From contig CAXXIA010000002.1 of NCBI GenBank assembly GCA_963666985.2, positions 1,600,001-1,664,000 on the forward strand: a DNA stretch of 64,000 nucleotides, given 5' to 3'. Position numbers and translations under genes: made by a program. Origin of the DNA: Spirochaetia bacterium. GTDB taxonomy: Bacteria; Spirochaetota; Spirochaetia; DSM-2461. Below the pieces are notes generated by a model that was not told where the DNA came from, did not search any database, and saw nothing but the letters and a program-made list of their open reading frames with translations. Of this stretch, positions 9,237 to 20,152 are shown one piece after another. Each line of letters begins with the position of its first letter. Positions within the stretch are counted from its first letter, which is position 1.

Positions 9237-9719
9237 ATGACTCTTCCCGGAACCATGGAAATACTCGGAGAATTCGCCGCGCGGCATGCTCCCGTACTGA
9301 AAGGCCTGGCCATGGGTTCGGCCGTTTTTTTCATTCTCACGCCGCTGGTCGTTCCGTTCCTGATTATCCTGATGCCCGAAGACGCTCTGATCCGGCGAAA
9401 AACCGTCTTAAGCGGCATGACGGTGCTCCGTGCCGCGGCCCGTCTTTTGTGGCACGCGGTGAAAAACATCCTCGGAATCACTCTTATGGCCCTGGGCGTC
9501 GTACTTCTTTTTTTGCCGGGACAAGGCCTTCTGACTCTGTTCGCCGGAATACTGCTGGCCGATATCCCGGGAAGACGAACCCTCGCCGCGCGCCTTCTGG
9601 GTACGGGAAAAATCCGGCCGGCCGTCGACCGAATGCGTGCGCGGCATGGGAAAAGGCCGCTTCGGTTTCCTACGGATGCATCCGGAAAGAGCGAAGGAGA
9701 TAAAGAGAGCAAAGAATAA
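9237..9719 (+). CDS. PGPGW-domain membrane protein
   Basis: KNILGITLMALGVVLLFLPGQGLLT motif. Confidence 0.75.
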   Translation: MTLPGTMEILGEFAARHAPVLKGLAMGSAVFFILTPLVVPFLIILMPEDALIRRKTVLSGMTVLRAAARLLWHAVKNILGITLMALGVVLLFLPGQGLLTLFAGILLADIPGRRTLAARLLGTGKIRPAVDRMRARHGKRPLRFPTDASGKSEGDKESKE

Positions 9720-9801
9720 AGGCGCCCGCCGGGCGATGGTGATTAGAGGAAGAGTTCCCGACGGCCGCAATTGGTACCGAAGCCCCCTTCGGGCCGCCCC
9801 C

Positions 9802-11025
9802 TTATCCGAGAAGTCCCAAAAACTTGCCCACCATTACACCGAGATAATTCCCGAAGGCGTGTCCCAAAATCCCCACGGTAATCCCCGGAGCAATCAAATC
9901 CCGATTGCCGACGGCCGCCGCGGTAAGCCCGACAAAGGGCGGAGAGCAAATGGCGGCGGTGGATGTAACCAGAACCGTGTCGGTGTCTATCCCTGTTAAT
10001 CGGGCAAGCAGAATGTGGAGCAGAAAAGATCCGAACAGGCAGAACCCCACGAAAAGGAACAAAGCGGGCGCCGCTTCGACGAGAATCTTCAAATCGGCAA
10101 GAGCGCCGACGGAAACGCAGAACACCAGAATAAGAAACTGACCGGCCGGATAGCTCATTTTTCGGCGCCGCACCGCGGGAATAAAGGATGCCGCCAGACT
10201 CAGCGTCGTCAGAGCCAAAATGGTCAGCACGAACGCCGATCCCTCCGGAGCGATCAGGAAAACAGAGCCCCCCAGGGCGCCGACGATCAGAGCCAGGCCC
10301 AGAGAAACAAAGATTTCTTTAACGTTGGCGGCCTTCATAAGGACGGAATAAGAATCTTCTTCGGATGCCGCGTGGGCCGCGGCGTCGGCGGGCGGAACGG
10401 ATACGGGCCCGATTTTTTGCCCCTTTTCCAGGGCGTTTTTCTCGGCCGAACCGGCCGGCGCGGTATAAGGTTTCAGAAACAGGGAAAGCACCTTCTTCGC
10501 AGCGGTCATAACGAAAAGCAGATAAAGAGCGGACAGAACGAGGTCGGAGGTGTGAACCGTCAGATAGGCGTTTTGTGAAACCTGAAGGGCCTTGGATATC
10601 GCCGCGAGATTGGGCGTGCCCCCGGTATACACGCCGACGATCATTCCGGCAATATCGGCGCTCTCGCCGATGCGGCCGCGGAAGAGCAGATGTGCGATGA
10701 TAACAACGGTTACGATGCTCACGCCCGCCAGGGCCATGGACAAACCCGCCCGGCCGGTCAGAGACCGGGATCGGGAGAAATCCACCGAGAAAAGCAGCAG
10801 CGGTATGGAGAGCGCCACGGCCGCGGTCTGTACGGCGTCCAGCGGACCCGCGGCGTCTTCACCGACAAGTCCGGTATTGGCCAGAAGGATGCCCGCCACG
10901 TAGCAGGCGATGATGGGATTCACCTTCTTCATCCAGGCCCAGCCCGTCTTTTCCCGCAGAAGCAGAAGCAGGATGGGAAACAGAAAAGAGATAAGAGCGA
11001 TCGACCAGCCGGGCACCGTTACCAT
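9802..11025 (-). CDS. DUF819 family membrane protein
   Basis: Polytopic; IPLLLFSVD, GVYTGGTPNLAAI, STAAICSPPFV, GILGHAFGNYLG. Confidence 0.8.
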   Translation of the reverse strand: MVTVPGWSIALISFLFPILLLLLREKTGWAWMKKVNPIIACYVAGILLANTGLVGEDAAGPLDAVQTAAVALSIPLLLFSVDFSRSRSLTGRAGLSMALAGVSIVTVVIIAHLLFRGRIGESADIAGMIVGVYTGGTPNLAAISKALQVSQNAYLTVHTSDLVLSALYLLFVMTAAKKVLSLFLKPYTAPAGSAEKNALEKGQKIGPVSVPPADAAAHAASEEDSYSVLMKAANVKEIFVSLGLALIVGALGGSVFLIAPEGSAFVLTILALTTLSLAASFIPAVRRRKMSYPAGQFLILVFCVSVGALADLKILVEAAPALFLFVGFCLFGSFLLHILLARLTGIDTDTVLVTSTAAICSPPFVGLTAAAVGNRDLIAPGITVGILGHAFGNYLGVMVGKFLGLLG

Positions 11026-12359
11026 TCCCCCCGTTCCGCAAGGAGATTCTTCAGAACCTTGAACGCCGTTTCCCATTTGAACCCGGAAGCATGCCGGGAA
11101 GAAAAACGGAACCGATACTGAGCCTTCTCGTAGCGAAATTCAAATTTCTGCTGTTTGAAAGTGTTCACCGCCGTGATTTCCTTCAGAGGGAACGAGCGGC
11201 GGCGGCGGCCGGAACGGACTTCAATCCGATCGCGGTAAAGACGGGCCTCGCCGTGAAGAACGGGAAGCATGGGCATGGCCCGCTCGCCTTTCATCAGAGT
11301 CACTTCGGCATCGCTAAGGAGAATCGGGTCAGAGATAAGGGTGCCGGGATTTTTACCCGCGGGCGTCTTCCCGCCGCCAGCCTTGCCGGCAGCCTTGCGG
11401 CCTGCCGGAAGGGCGGCGGCGTCGGCCGCCGGACCGCTCTCCGGCGCCGCGGTTAAAAATTCGTTAAATCGCGTCTTCAGCAGATTCTCCTGCCATTGAA
11501 TCCAGTCGGCGGGATGATCAAAAGACGGTCCGGCTTTCGGATACCGAAAGAACCCGTAGACATCCACCTCAACGGTATAACCGCAAATACAGGAGATTGC
11601 GTTGCCCTCGGAGGTGATCGTGCCGATTCTTTTGCATGAAGGACAGGCCCAATGGGCCAATTCAAGACTCTCGGCTCGCCGTTCGCTTCTTATCGGAACT
11701 TTTTTCTCGGCCTGCCATTCGTATTCGTCATGGCGCAGAGCTTCTTCAATCCGCCGTTCGATTTCCGACAGCTTCAGAGTTTTAATTTCCTTGGAATCGA
11801 TGATGCGCCGGAAATAAATTTCAATACGGCAGCGGCGCTTTTTCCAGGCCCATCGAGGTTTGGTCAGATAGCCGCCTTTGAATACCGGAACAATAACCGG
11901 AACCTTCATAAACCGCACCAATTTGGCCGTTGCGGCGATCAAAGGGCCCGTGCGTCCGTCCCAGTTTTGATTGCCCTCCGGAAAGATTCCTCCGACTTCA
12001 CGCATTTCCATCGCATTTTTCAAATGCTGAAGCGAAATCATGTCAGATTGGCCCTTTACCTTGGGTATGGCTCCGAACGCGCTGAGCATCCACTTCAAAT
12101 CGCCGCGGAAGGCCGCATCGGATGCCAGCCAGCGAATCGGAGTCGGTGCCGCGAACGAGAGAAGAAACGGATCCCATTGGTTCACATGGTTCGGCAGCAT
12201 GAGATACGGCGGCCTTGTCGTGTAAAGCACTCCGAGATTTTTAAACCGAACATTGAAGAGAAGGGACATCCCCCAGAGAAGCGGTTTTAACGAGTAATTG
12301 ATGATGAACAACCATACGTGAAAAAGAGAAGATATGATTTTCTTCATTGTTATTGACAT
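11019..12359 (-). CDS. PlsC-like lysophospholipid acyltransferase with C-terminal Cys-rich extension
   Basis: NHVNQWD (HX4D) and IFPEG motifs; CPSC...CICG. Confidence 0.85.
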   Translation of the reverse strand: MSITMKKIISSLFHVWLFIINYSLKPLLWGMSLLFNVRFKNLGVLYTTRPPYLMLPNHVNQWDPFLLSFAAPTPIRWLASDAAFRGDLKWMLSAFGAIPKVKGQSDMISLQHLKNAMEMREVGGIFPEGNQNWDGRTGPLIAATAKLVRFMKVPVIVPVFKGGYLTKPRWAWKKRRCRIEIYFRRIIDSKEIKTLKLSEIERRIEEALRHDEYEWQAEKKVPIRSERRAESLELAHWACPSCKRIGTITSEGNAISCICGYTVEVDVYGFFRYPKAGPSFDHPADWIQWQENLLKTRFNEFLTAAPESGPAADAAALPAGRKAAGKAGGGKTPAGKNPGTLISDPILLSDAEVTLMKGERAMPMLPVLHGEARLYRDRIEVRSGRRRRSFPLKEITAVNTFKQQKFEFRYEKAQYRFRFSSRHASGFKWETAFKVLKNLLAERGEW

Positions 12360-12639
12360 TTCCAGGTGATGCGTAGTTTATACGAGGCCCGTTCCGGTGT
12401 CGAGACGAATATCTTTCAATTTGCGTGGGGAAAATCTTCAACCGTTTCTTATCAGACACTTTAAAAGCGGGTTCAAAAATCATCATGTATTGAATTGAAG
12501 CCGTTCCCAAGCGATTTGGGGGATTTCGACCGTCGAATAAAGGCAATTTCGTGAAATATGAAATGGCCCCACTTAACACAATATTGTATTTCATGTATTT
12601 CAGTAGTCTGATATTCATTCACCCCAGGGAGAATTAGCC

Positions 12640-13935
12640 ATGAATCCGCAAGCCGCCGAATTGAATGCCGTACTTCAAGCCGAGGGAGATGCCGCTTACA
12701 GACTTCTTTCCGACCGCGGGCGCCGGATCTATTTCCCGCGCAAGGGTCTGGTGGCCCAAGGCATGGACGCGAAAGGCAAGTCCATCAACGCGTCCATCGG
12801 AGAAGGCAAAGACGACGACGGCTCGCCTCTTCGGCTCTCGCCTCTCGCGAAGCGCATCAACCTTCCGCCGGACGAAGTCTTCCCCTACACGCCGAGCTTC
12901 GGTAAGCCCGCTCTGCGCGACCGCTGGGCGAAAATGATCCGGGAGAAAAATCCCACTCTGGGGAACACGCCCCTCTCCCGTCCGGTGGTTACAAACGCCC
13001 TTACCCACGGTCTTTCGGTCGTCGGATACCTCTTCCTCGACGAAGGTGATGAAATCATCATGCCCCGGCACTACTGGGGCAACTACAACCTGGTTTTTAC
13101 CGAAGCCTACGGTTCGGCGATGAAAACCTTTGAAACCTTCGACGGCGAGGGTCCCGATGCCGGATTCAATACCGCCGGTCTTGCCGAGGCCCTTGCCTCA
13201 CCCGGCGAGAAGAAAATCGTTCTTTTGAACTTCCCGAACAACCCGACCGGCTACACTCCGACCTTCGGCGAAGTCAATCGAATCGTCGATGCCGTTAAGA
13301 CGGCCGCGGAAGCGGGTAAAACCGTCCTTGTGGTTCTGGACGACGCCTACTTCGGACTTGTTTATCGGGAAGGCGTCGCCGTCGAATCCCCCTTCGCGAA
13401 GCTCGCCTCTCTTCATGAAAACGTCGTTGCCTGCAAAGTGGACGGCGCCACCAAAGAAGACTACGTATGGGGCTTCCGTGTGGGATTCGTCACCTTCGCC
13501 GGTAAAGGCCTGAGCGAAAAGGCTCTGGCCGCTCTGGAAGACAAGGCCGCCGGCCGTGTGCGCGGAAGCATATCCAGCGACTCACATCTGGCCCAGTCTC
13601 TGCTTCTTCATGCTTATGACGATCCGGCCTACGCGCCGGAGAAAAAACGGGCCTTTGATCTGCTGAAATCCCGGTATGACGCCCTGGCGGCAGAACTGAA
13701 AGCTCATCCCGAGTATAAAGAACGATTCGAAGCTCTGCCGTTCAACTCAGGGTATTTCATGTGCGTCAAGCTGGCGAACGGGGATGCGGAGTCCGTACGG
13801 CAAAAGCTGCTGGCCGACTACGACACCGGCGTCATCGCTCTGGGCGACTTGGTGCGGGTGGCCTATTCCTCGCTTCCTCAGGCACAGATTCCATTGCTGT
13901 TCGCCAATTTATATAAGGCCTGCGGCGAGGTTTAA
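12640..13935 (+). CDS. Class I/II PLP-dependent aminotransferase
   Basis: NFPNNPTGY, LDDAYFG, DGATKEDYVWGFRVG (PLP lysine). Confidence 0.9.
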   Translation: MNPQAAELNAVLQAEGDAAYRLLSDRGRRIYFPRKGLVAQGMDAKGKSINASIGEGKDDDGSPLRLSPLAKRINLPPDEVFPYTPSFGKPALRDRWAKMIREKNPTLGNTPLSRPVVTNALTHGLSVVGYLFLDEGDEIIMPRHYWGNYNLVFTEAYGSAMKTFETFDGEGPDAGFNTAGLAEALASPGEKKIVLLNFPNNPTGYTPTFGEVNRIVDAVKTAAEAGKTVLVVLDDAYFGLVYREGVAVESPFAKLASLHENVVACKVDGATKEDYVWGFRVGFVTFAGKGLSEKALAALEDKAAGRVRGSISSDSHLAQSLLLHAYDDPAYAPEKKRAFDLLKSRYDALAAELKAHPEYKERFEALPFNSGYFMCVKLANGDAESVRQKLLADYDTGVIALGDLVRVAYSSLPQAQIPLLFANLYKACGEV

Positions 13936-14022
13936 GGGCAACCGGCCGCCTCGGTTTTCGGCCGGCCGCGGAAGATTAAGCGGTCTTCCGTTCCGCCGGA
14001 TTCAAGCCGCAGACCGCCTGCG

Positions 14023-14970
14023 TTACACCCAGGAGTCTTCGGGCACCGAAAAGCACGGCGGCTCAAGGCCGAAATAGGCCAAAACGGCTCCTTTAACCTC
14101 TTCAAGCCGCCGAACTCCGTCGAAACAGGAGCGGCCCCGTTCATTCCGGCTCAAGAGGAGCACGGGCACCGGATTCCTGCTGTGGTCCGCGGAGCTCCTC
14201 TCTTCACAATTACCGTGATCGCTCACCAGAAGAATCGCCGTTTCCTCACGGTCCGTATCGGCCAAAAGAGCCCTCAGGAACCGATTGATTTCGGACAGGG
14301 CCCGATCCAAATCCTCATACATCTTCTTATGCGCGTACGTATCCGTAGCGAAGTATTCATGGAACACGAAATCGGCTTCGCCGAGGATTCCCGCCATCCT
14401 GCGGGCCGCTTCTTCCGGCTCGATAATCGGTATATCGTAACCTCGGCCCTGAATGAATCGATTCGTCAGGTCCGTATACACGGCCCGGCCCCGCAGGTAA
14501 TCCTCCGGCATGCGGAACGGAACGCCGGAACCCCGAATGGTAAGGGCCGAAACGGGAAAAGCGTTTCGTTTCCGACGCACTTCCAGCTCTTCCCGCCGCC
14601 GAAAGAACTCGGGCGTGTAAAGATTCGAGGCCGTCACGGAAACACCCGCCGACCGGAGAGCCGCCATCATCCCTTCCTCGGCGATAAGATCCGTCAGAGG
14701 TTCGTTCGGCAGTGCGGTCAAATGATACCCCAGCAGCGCCGGAGCATTCACGCCGGTCATCAAAGACGCCTGTCCCGTCGCCGACTGCGGCAGACCGGAA
14801 ACGCCTCCGGTGGCATCGGCGGCCCGCAGAATGCCTTCCGGGAAATCAGCCGGAGCCGAATCGACGGTAAAAGGAATCTCGGCGATGCCGTCAAGGAGTC
14901 TCCTCGCGGGATTCTCCGGCACATCCGCCCCCAGCCCCAAACCGTCGACAAAAAAAAGTAGAAGCTTCAT
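14023..14970 (-). CDS. Alkaline-phosphatase-superfamily metalloenzyme (phosphoglycerate mutase-like)
   Basis: FFVDGLG, PQSATGQ, TDTYAH, SDHGN, HSRNPVP; start re-assigned to MKLLLFF. Confidence 0.8.
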   Translation of the reverse strand: MKLLLFFVDGLGLGADVPENPARRLLDGIAEIPFTVDSAPADFPEGILRAADATGGVSGLPQSATGQASLMTGVNAPALLGYHLTALPNEPLTDLIAEEGMMAALRSAGVSVTASNLYTPEFFRRREELEVRRKRNAFPVSALTIRGSGVPFRMPEDYLRGRAVYTDLTNRFIQGRGYDIPIIEPEEAARRMAGILGEADFVFHEYFATDTYAHKKMYEDLDRALSEINRFLRALLADTDREETAILLVSDHGNCEERSSADHSRNPVPVLLLSRNERGRSCFDGVRRLEEVKGAVLAYFGLEPPCFSVPEDSWV

Positions 14971-15241
14971 TCGAAACAAACATACCGAATTGGAGTGGGT
15001 CCGTCCAATATGCCGCTTTTCACCAACCGATCGTCCCCGCTCAGGCCGCCTCCGCGATGCTGTCAAAGTCCGTCCGATACGGCCGAATCGGCATGGAAGA
15101 CCCCGGACGACCTCAATGCGAAATTTCCGGCATTGATTTGCCGCTAAAAGGCGTTGCGGAAATCGACTCCAACCAACATACTGATGGGCGATTGTCCGCA
15201 AAAGCGCCATCGGATATCCAATAAAGCATTTGAGGTACCTC

Positions 15242-16099
15242 ATGAACCGTATACTCCGCAAGAGACAACTTTCCGCCGATGTCTATCGATTCACGTTCGA
15301 GGCGGAAAACATCGCCCGGGAACGAAAAGCAGGCCAGTTTCTCATCATCCAGCTGGATAACGAATTCGCCGAGCGTATTCCGCTTACCATCGCGGACGCC
15401 GACAAAGACGCCGGCACCGTCGATATCATTTTCCAGGCCGTAGGAGCCACGACATTAAAACTGGCCGCCATGAACGAAGGTGACTCCATCGCCAACGTCC
15501 TCGGACCCCTTGGAACCCCCACCCACATTGAAAAATTCGACGGCCCTGTCGTCTGCGTCGGCGGCGGCATCGGCGTGGCCCCCATGCACCCCATAGCCCA
15601 GGCCATGAAGGCCGCCGGGAACGAACTCATCATCATCATGGGAGCCAGAAATAAAGATCTCCTCATCATGGAAGAAGAAATGTCCGCCCTGGCCGACGAA
15701 CTGATTATCTGCACCGACGACGGCTCCTACGGACGCAAGGCCCTGGTCACCGAGCCGCTGAAGGAACTCTGCGAGTCGGACAAGCCCCCCGCGCTTGCGG
15801 TTGCCATCGGTCCGCCCATCATGATGAAGTTCTGTGCCGCCACAACAAAGCCTTTCGGCGTTCATACGATGGTGTCGCTGAACACCATCATGGTCGACGG
15901 TACCGGAATGTGCGGCGGATGCCGGGTTACCGTCGGAGGAGAAACAAAATTCGTCTGCGTCGACGGCCCCGAATTCGACGGTCATCTGGTGGATTTCGAC
16001 AACATGATGCTCCGATTGAAAGCTTATAAAGATCAGGAGGATGATCACCGATGCCGAATCGGCCTAAACCATACCGGAGTCGCGGGAGGGAAAAAATGA
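15242..16099 (+). CDS. nfnA: NADH-dependent reduced ferredoxin:NADP+ oxidoreductase small subunit
   Basis: ERIPLTIAD, GGGIGVAP, TDDGSYG, MVDGTGMCGGCRV...CVDGPEFD [2Fe-2S] motif; coupled to large subunit. Confidence 0.9.
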   Translation: MNRILRKRQLSADVYRFTFEAENIARERKAGQFLIIQLDNEFAERIPLTIADADKDAGTVDIIFQAVGATTLKLAAMNEGDSIANVLGPLGTPTHIEKFDGPVVCVGGGIGVAPMHPIAQAMKAAGNELIIIMGARNKDLLIMEEEMSALADELIICTDDGSYGRKALVTEPLKELCESDKPPALAVAIGPPIMMKFCAATTKPFGVHTMVSLNTIMVDGTGMCGGCRVTVGGETKFVCVDGPEFDGHLVDFDNMMLRLKAYKDQEDDHRCRIGLNHTGVAGGKK

Positions 16100-17589
16100 G
16101 CGAATTCAAATCGCCCGAAGCCCTCGCGGCCGAAGCCGACGCCCTCTGGAATCAATACGCCGGCAAAGAACTGACCGCGAAAGAACGCCGAGAAATCCCC
16201 AAGCAGGACATGCCCTCGCAGGATCCCCTTACCCGCCGCTCCAATATGAACGAAGTGGCCCTCGGCTACACAGAATCTCAGGTTAAAGTCGAAGCCCTGC
16301 GCTGCCTGCAGTGCAAAAACGCGCCCTGCATCGCCGGATGCCCGGTTTCCATCGACATCCCCCGCTTCATTGAGCACGCCGCCAAAGGCGAATTCGCCGA
16401 ATCCATCGCCGTTATTAAAGAAGCCAGCCTTCTTCCGGCCGTCTGCGGCCGCGTCTGTCCCCAGGAAAAGCAATGCAAGCTTACCTGCACCGTGGGTAAA
16501 ATCTTCAAAGACACCGACAAAGCCGTCTCCATCGGCCGAATCGAACGCTTCGTTTCGGATTGGGAAGTCGAGCACGGCAAGGTCGCACCCATTCCCGTAG
16601 CCGCCCCGACGGGCAAAAAGGTGGCCGTCATCGGATCGGGTCCCTCCGGCCTCACCGCCGCCGCCGATATCCGCCGGGAAGGTCATGAGGTAACCGTCTT
16701 CGAGGCCTTCCACAAACCCGGCGGCGTCACCGTTTACGGCATTCCCGAATTCCGTCTTCCCAAAGCCATCGTTGAGCGGGACGTGGAAAACCTCGTTTCC
16801 ATGGGCGTCCGCTTTGAAACCAATTTCCTGGTCGGCCGCACCCGAAAAATCGACGACATGCTCTCCGAAGACGGCTGGGATGCGCTCTACATCGCCACGG
16901 GTGCCGGACTTCCGAAATTCATGAACATTCCGGGTGAAAACCTTGTCGGTGTATTCTCCGCCAACGAATACCTTACCCGGTCCAACCTGATGAAAGCCTA
17001 TGCGACGGGAAAAGCCTCCACCCCGATGTACAGCGCGAAAAAGGTCTGTGTTTTCGGCGGCGGGAATGTCACCATGGACGCGGCCAGAACCGCGGTTCGC
17101 CTCGGCGCGGAAGAAGTCCATATCGTCTACAGGAGAACCGAAAAGGAACTTCCCGCCCGGGCGGAAGAAGTTCATCATGCCCGGGAAGAAGGCGTAATCT
17201 TCGACATGCTTTCGGCTCCCATCGAAATCAAAGGAGACGAAAACGGCCGCGTCGTCGGCATCGTCTGCCAGCGCTATACACAGGGAGAGCCCGATGAATC
17301 CGGCCGACTCCGTCCCGTGCCCATCGAAGGCGATACCTATGAAATCGAATGCGACGCCTGTATCCCGGCCATCGGCAATGCTTCGAATCCGCTCATTTCC
17401 CAAACAACACCGGATCTGAACGTGAATAAGTGGGGAAATATCATCGTCGAGGAATCCACAGGGAAAACATCCATGGACAAGGTTTACGCGGGCGGCGACA
17501 TCGTCCTGGGCGCCGCGACTGTTATCCTGGCCATGGGCGAAGGACGAAGGGCGGCGAAAGCCATCAACGAAATGCTGGCCGGTGATTAG
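16096..17589 (+). CDS. nfnB: NADH-dependent reduced ferredoxin:NADP+ oxidoreductase large subunit (GltD-like)
   Basis: CLQCKNAPCIAGCP, CGRVCPQEKQC, GSGPSG, YGIPEFRLPK, GGGNVTMD, GAATVILAMG. Confidence 0.9.
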   Translation: MSEFKSPEALAAEADALWNQYAGKELTAKERREIPKQDMPSQDPLTRRSNMNEVALGYTESQVKVEALRCLQCKNAPCIAGCPVSIDIPRFIEHAAKGEFAESIAVIKEASLLPAVCGRVCPQEKQCKLTCTVGKIFKDTDKAVSIGRIERFVSDWEVEHGKVAPIPVAAPTGKKVAVIGSGPSGLTAAADIRREGHEVTVFEAFHKPGGVTVYGIPEFRLPKAIVERDVENLVSMGVRFETNFLVGRTRKIDDMLSEDGWDALYIATGAGLPKFMNIPGENLVGVFSANEYLTRSNLMKAYATGKASTPMYSAKKVCVFGGGNVTMDAARTAVRLGAEEVHIVYRRTEKELPARAEEVHHAREEGVIFDMLSAPIEIKGDENGRVVGIVCQRYTQGEPDESGRLRPVPIEGDTYEIECDACIPAIGNASNPLISQTTPDLNVNKWGNIIVEESTGKTSMDKVYAGGDIVLGAATVILAMGEGRRAAKAINEMLAGD

Positions 17590-17911
17590 CTCGGTATTTT
17601 CAGCGGCTTTGCTTCCTTAGCCTTCCGCCGATTTCATTCATGAGGATTCCGAGTGAATCATTCCATGCGGCAGGGTTCGCCGTCACGATACACCGATGAC
17701 AGGCGGACCTTGCCCATGGCGTTCTTGAGTTCACATCCCCCTGCGCGGAAGGATTTTTATTTTCAGAATGACTTCGATCCGCCGGCGCCATCCAAAAAGA
17801 CCGCTTCTTATAGCGGTTATTTATAGCGTGCTCGTTCCTTGTGTGACTGTTTCCAATGAAGAAGTTTTTCTTAATTTGAAATAAAAAGTTCCCGCTATTC
17901 TGAGCGGCGTT

Positions 17912-18877
17912 TTATTTTAAGTGTTGGATGGAGATTTCATTAATTCGGTTTTGTATTCGATTATGCAATCGAGAAAAATGAATTTTTCTTGTTATAAACT
18001 CAAGAAAAGGAAGCAAATAACCATAACGTTTTACTTTAAACAGCCATACGTTGACTTTATTCTGAACCATAAGCTTAAGCCGCATCGGCGGTGTTATATG
18101 AAGCGTGGATAATCCGCTTAATTCATATCCATGTTTATTTAGAATTGTATCTATTTTCGACTCAATGAGCCGAATTTCAGATTCCGACAGCCTGTCTTTC
18201 CATTGATAAGAATATGCGGGATCCGGTGAAGAATAACTGGTATTTTCAGGGTACGTCAGCATCCTATCGTCATACGGAACACCAATGAAGTCACAAATTT
18301 GTGTTAGCTTCAATTCTGGGTTTTCCACCAAATCTTCATATTTAAGCTCCATCCAAAAATCCGGAGGAAGCGTTTTTTTAAAAGAATCCCATTCACGTTC
18401 AGATTCTATCCAGTGTTCTACTCCATAATAGACATTACCGGCCCAACCCATGGGAATAAAGGAGTTCGCCACATCCCGACCGTCTCGCGTTAATCGAATA
18501 TAACGAGCATCGGGCCAAATAAAAGGAATTCGGCTGAAATTGTTATGAACCGTAGAACCAATAAAGGGTGTATTTTTTTTCTTTTGCTTTTGCGAGAGAA
18601 AACTGCGGCATAATTCTTTAAAAGTTAAGGACTCGTCAATATTAAGCCCCTCCATATTAAATGCAAGGTCTTGTTGCAAAAAAGAATAATATTGCTGAAG
18701 AGATGGAAAATCACCCCGATCAGAAATCATCGGCGTGACATATTCAAACTCTCCGGAAAAGGAAATTTCCGGATGATGGTCAATCATGAGACGCAGCATG
18801 GTTGTACCTGAACGCAAAGCACCTATAAGGAAAAAAATTTTTCTATCATCCGCAATCAATGTATTTTTATCGGCCAT
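17912..18877 (-). CDS. Sulfotransferase (PAPS-dependent)
   Basis: 5'-PSB GALRSGTTMLRLMIDHHP, 3'-PB RDGRDVANS, KYEDLVENPE. Confidence 0.9.
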   Translation of the reverse strand: MADKNTLIADDRKIFFLIGALRSGTTMLRLMIDHHPEISFSGEFEYVTPMISDRGDFPSLQQYYSFLQQDLAFNMEGLNIDESLTFKELCRSFLSQKQKKKNTPFIGSTVHNNFSRIPFIWPDARYIRLTRDGRDVANSFIPMGWAGNVYYGVEHWIESEREWDSFKKTLPPDFWMELKYEDLVENPELKLTQICDFIGVPYDDRMLTYPENTSYSSPDPAYSYQWKDRLSESEIRLIESKIDTILNKHGYELSGLSTLHITPPMRLKLMVQNKVNVWLFKVKRYGYLLPFLEFITRKIHFSRLHNRIQNRINEISIQHLK

Positions 18878-19391
18878 GGCTGGTAAGTTTTTTCAACATG
18901 TCTGTTAATTGGAATAAATCATACTACTCTAAATATTTTTTTGAATCAAATTTTTTTTGAAGGATCGGCCATGGTCAATTCTTAACACAAATACATATAT
19001 GATTATGGCTCTTTCCATCGCGCTGAATAAATCAGATGAATTATTCAAACCGCTTTCTAAAAAATGTTGATTTTAAGGCTCCAAAAAACAGCAGCAAGAA
19101 TATTAATTATTTTCTAATATAGAAAATAGAAATAAGACTGTTGCTCCATACGGCCGAAATCGCCGGAATAAGGGGAAGCATCCGGATTGAATTAACCGAT
19201 GGCCGCTGATTGTACCCCATAGCCACCTTGAGTTCATAAAATCCTGCCGGCCTTTATACCGCCGTACTCTTCACTCCACGGCTTTCGGCCGGAATTTCAT
19301 CCCATGCGAGTAGAAACCAGTTCTTGAACAAAAAAGCCGTTTCATCGCACCATACAAAGACTCAAATAGAATAATTACTAAGGAATATATC

Positions 19392-20114
19392 ATGAGTTGG
19401 AAACTGTTTCTCACGGCGTGCTTGAGTTTCTGTCTCTTCATTATCAGCGGAGTCGGCTGTCAGGGTGTCAATGACAATTATACCTACAGCGTCGAACTGG
19501 ACTTCACCGGGCCTGATTACACCATGGGAACTGATACTCATCAATATGCCTATGTTGCCTGGATTGAAGACTCCGACGGCACGAACCTTCAGAATCTGTA
19601 TCTTTGCGAAAGAGTCATCGGCGCCAATGGAACAAAAACTCTTCATGGAACCGCTCTGCCCTACTGGCACACAACGAAATACGATGAAGAGAATCCGGAT
19701 GATTATCCAACGGTCGACGGCGTCACCGGCGCGTCAACCCAAGTCTCGAAAACGGTTACCCGAAACCTGAAAATCGACGAAACAACCGAATTCAGAGTCT
19801 GCTTCGAAATAGACCGATCGAAAAATGAGAACGACTCCTTTACGGACAGACCGGCGTTCATCTACAAATCCGGCCTTATCACTTTAAGCGGCCTCGAAGA
19901 CTCCTATCCTCTGACTCTGGTAGCCTACATGCCGAACGATACCCTTGATGATTATTATGATGATGAATATACCCAGCTTCCAAAAGACGACGTAACCATT
20001 CCGGGCTTCGAAGCTTATGCGTATCTGACGAGCCTTTCGTATATCTGGGACTCAGGCGAAGAGTATTCCGACGATTTGGTAACGGGTCTGACGGCCAGAA
20101 TCATAGAGAATTAA
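19392..20114 (+). CDS. DUF2271-like lipoprotein
   Basis: Lipobox GVGC; YVAWIEDSDG, LPYW, DGVTGAST motifs. Confidence 0.6.
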   Translation: MSWKLFLTACLSFCLFIISGVGCQGVNDNYTYSVELDFTGPDYTMGTDTHQYAYVAWIEDSDGTNLQNLYLCERVIGANGTKTLHGTALPYWHTTKYDEENPDDYPTVDGVTGASTQVSKTVTRNLKIDETTEFRVCFEIDRSKNENDSFTDRPAFIYKSGLITLSGLEDSYPLTLVAYMPNDTLDDYYDDEYTQLPKDDVTIPGFEAYAYLTSLSYIWDSGEEYSDDLVTGLTARIIEN

Positions 20115-20152
20115 CGGTCTCCGCTCTTTTCCGTTCCGCCACGGGCGTTTTT

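Noticed and set aside
16045..17403. 452-aa minus-strand ORF
   Set aside because: Antisense shadow of nfnB; no motifs; typical of GC-rich codon bias
15242..17589. Glutamate synthase
   Set aside because: No gltB large subunit; pairing with the PyrK-like small subunit indicates NfnAB
18868..18975. 11-bp direct repeat ATCGGCCATGG near the sulfotransferase start
   Set aside because: Only two short copies with no identifiable element between them; compatible with chance
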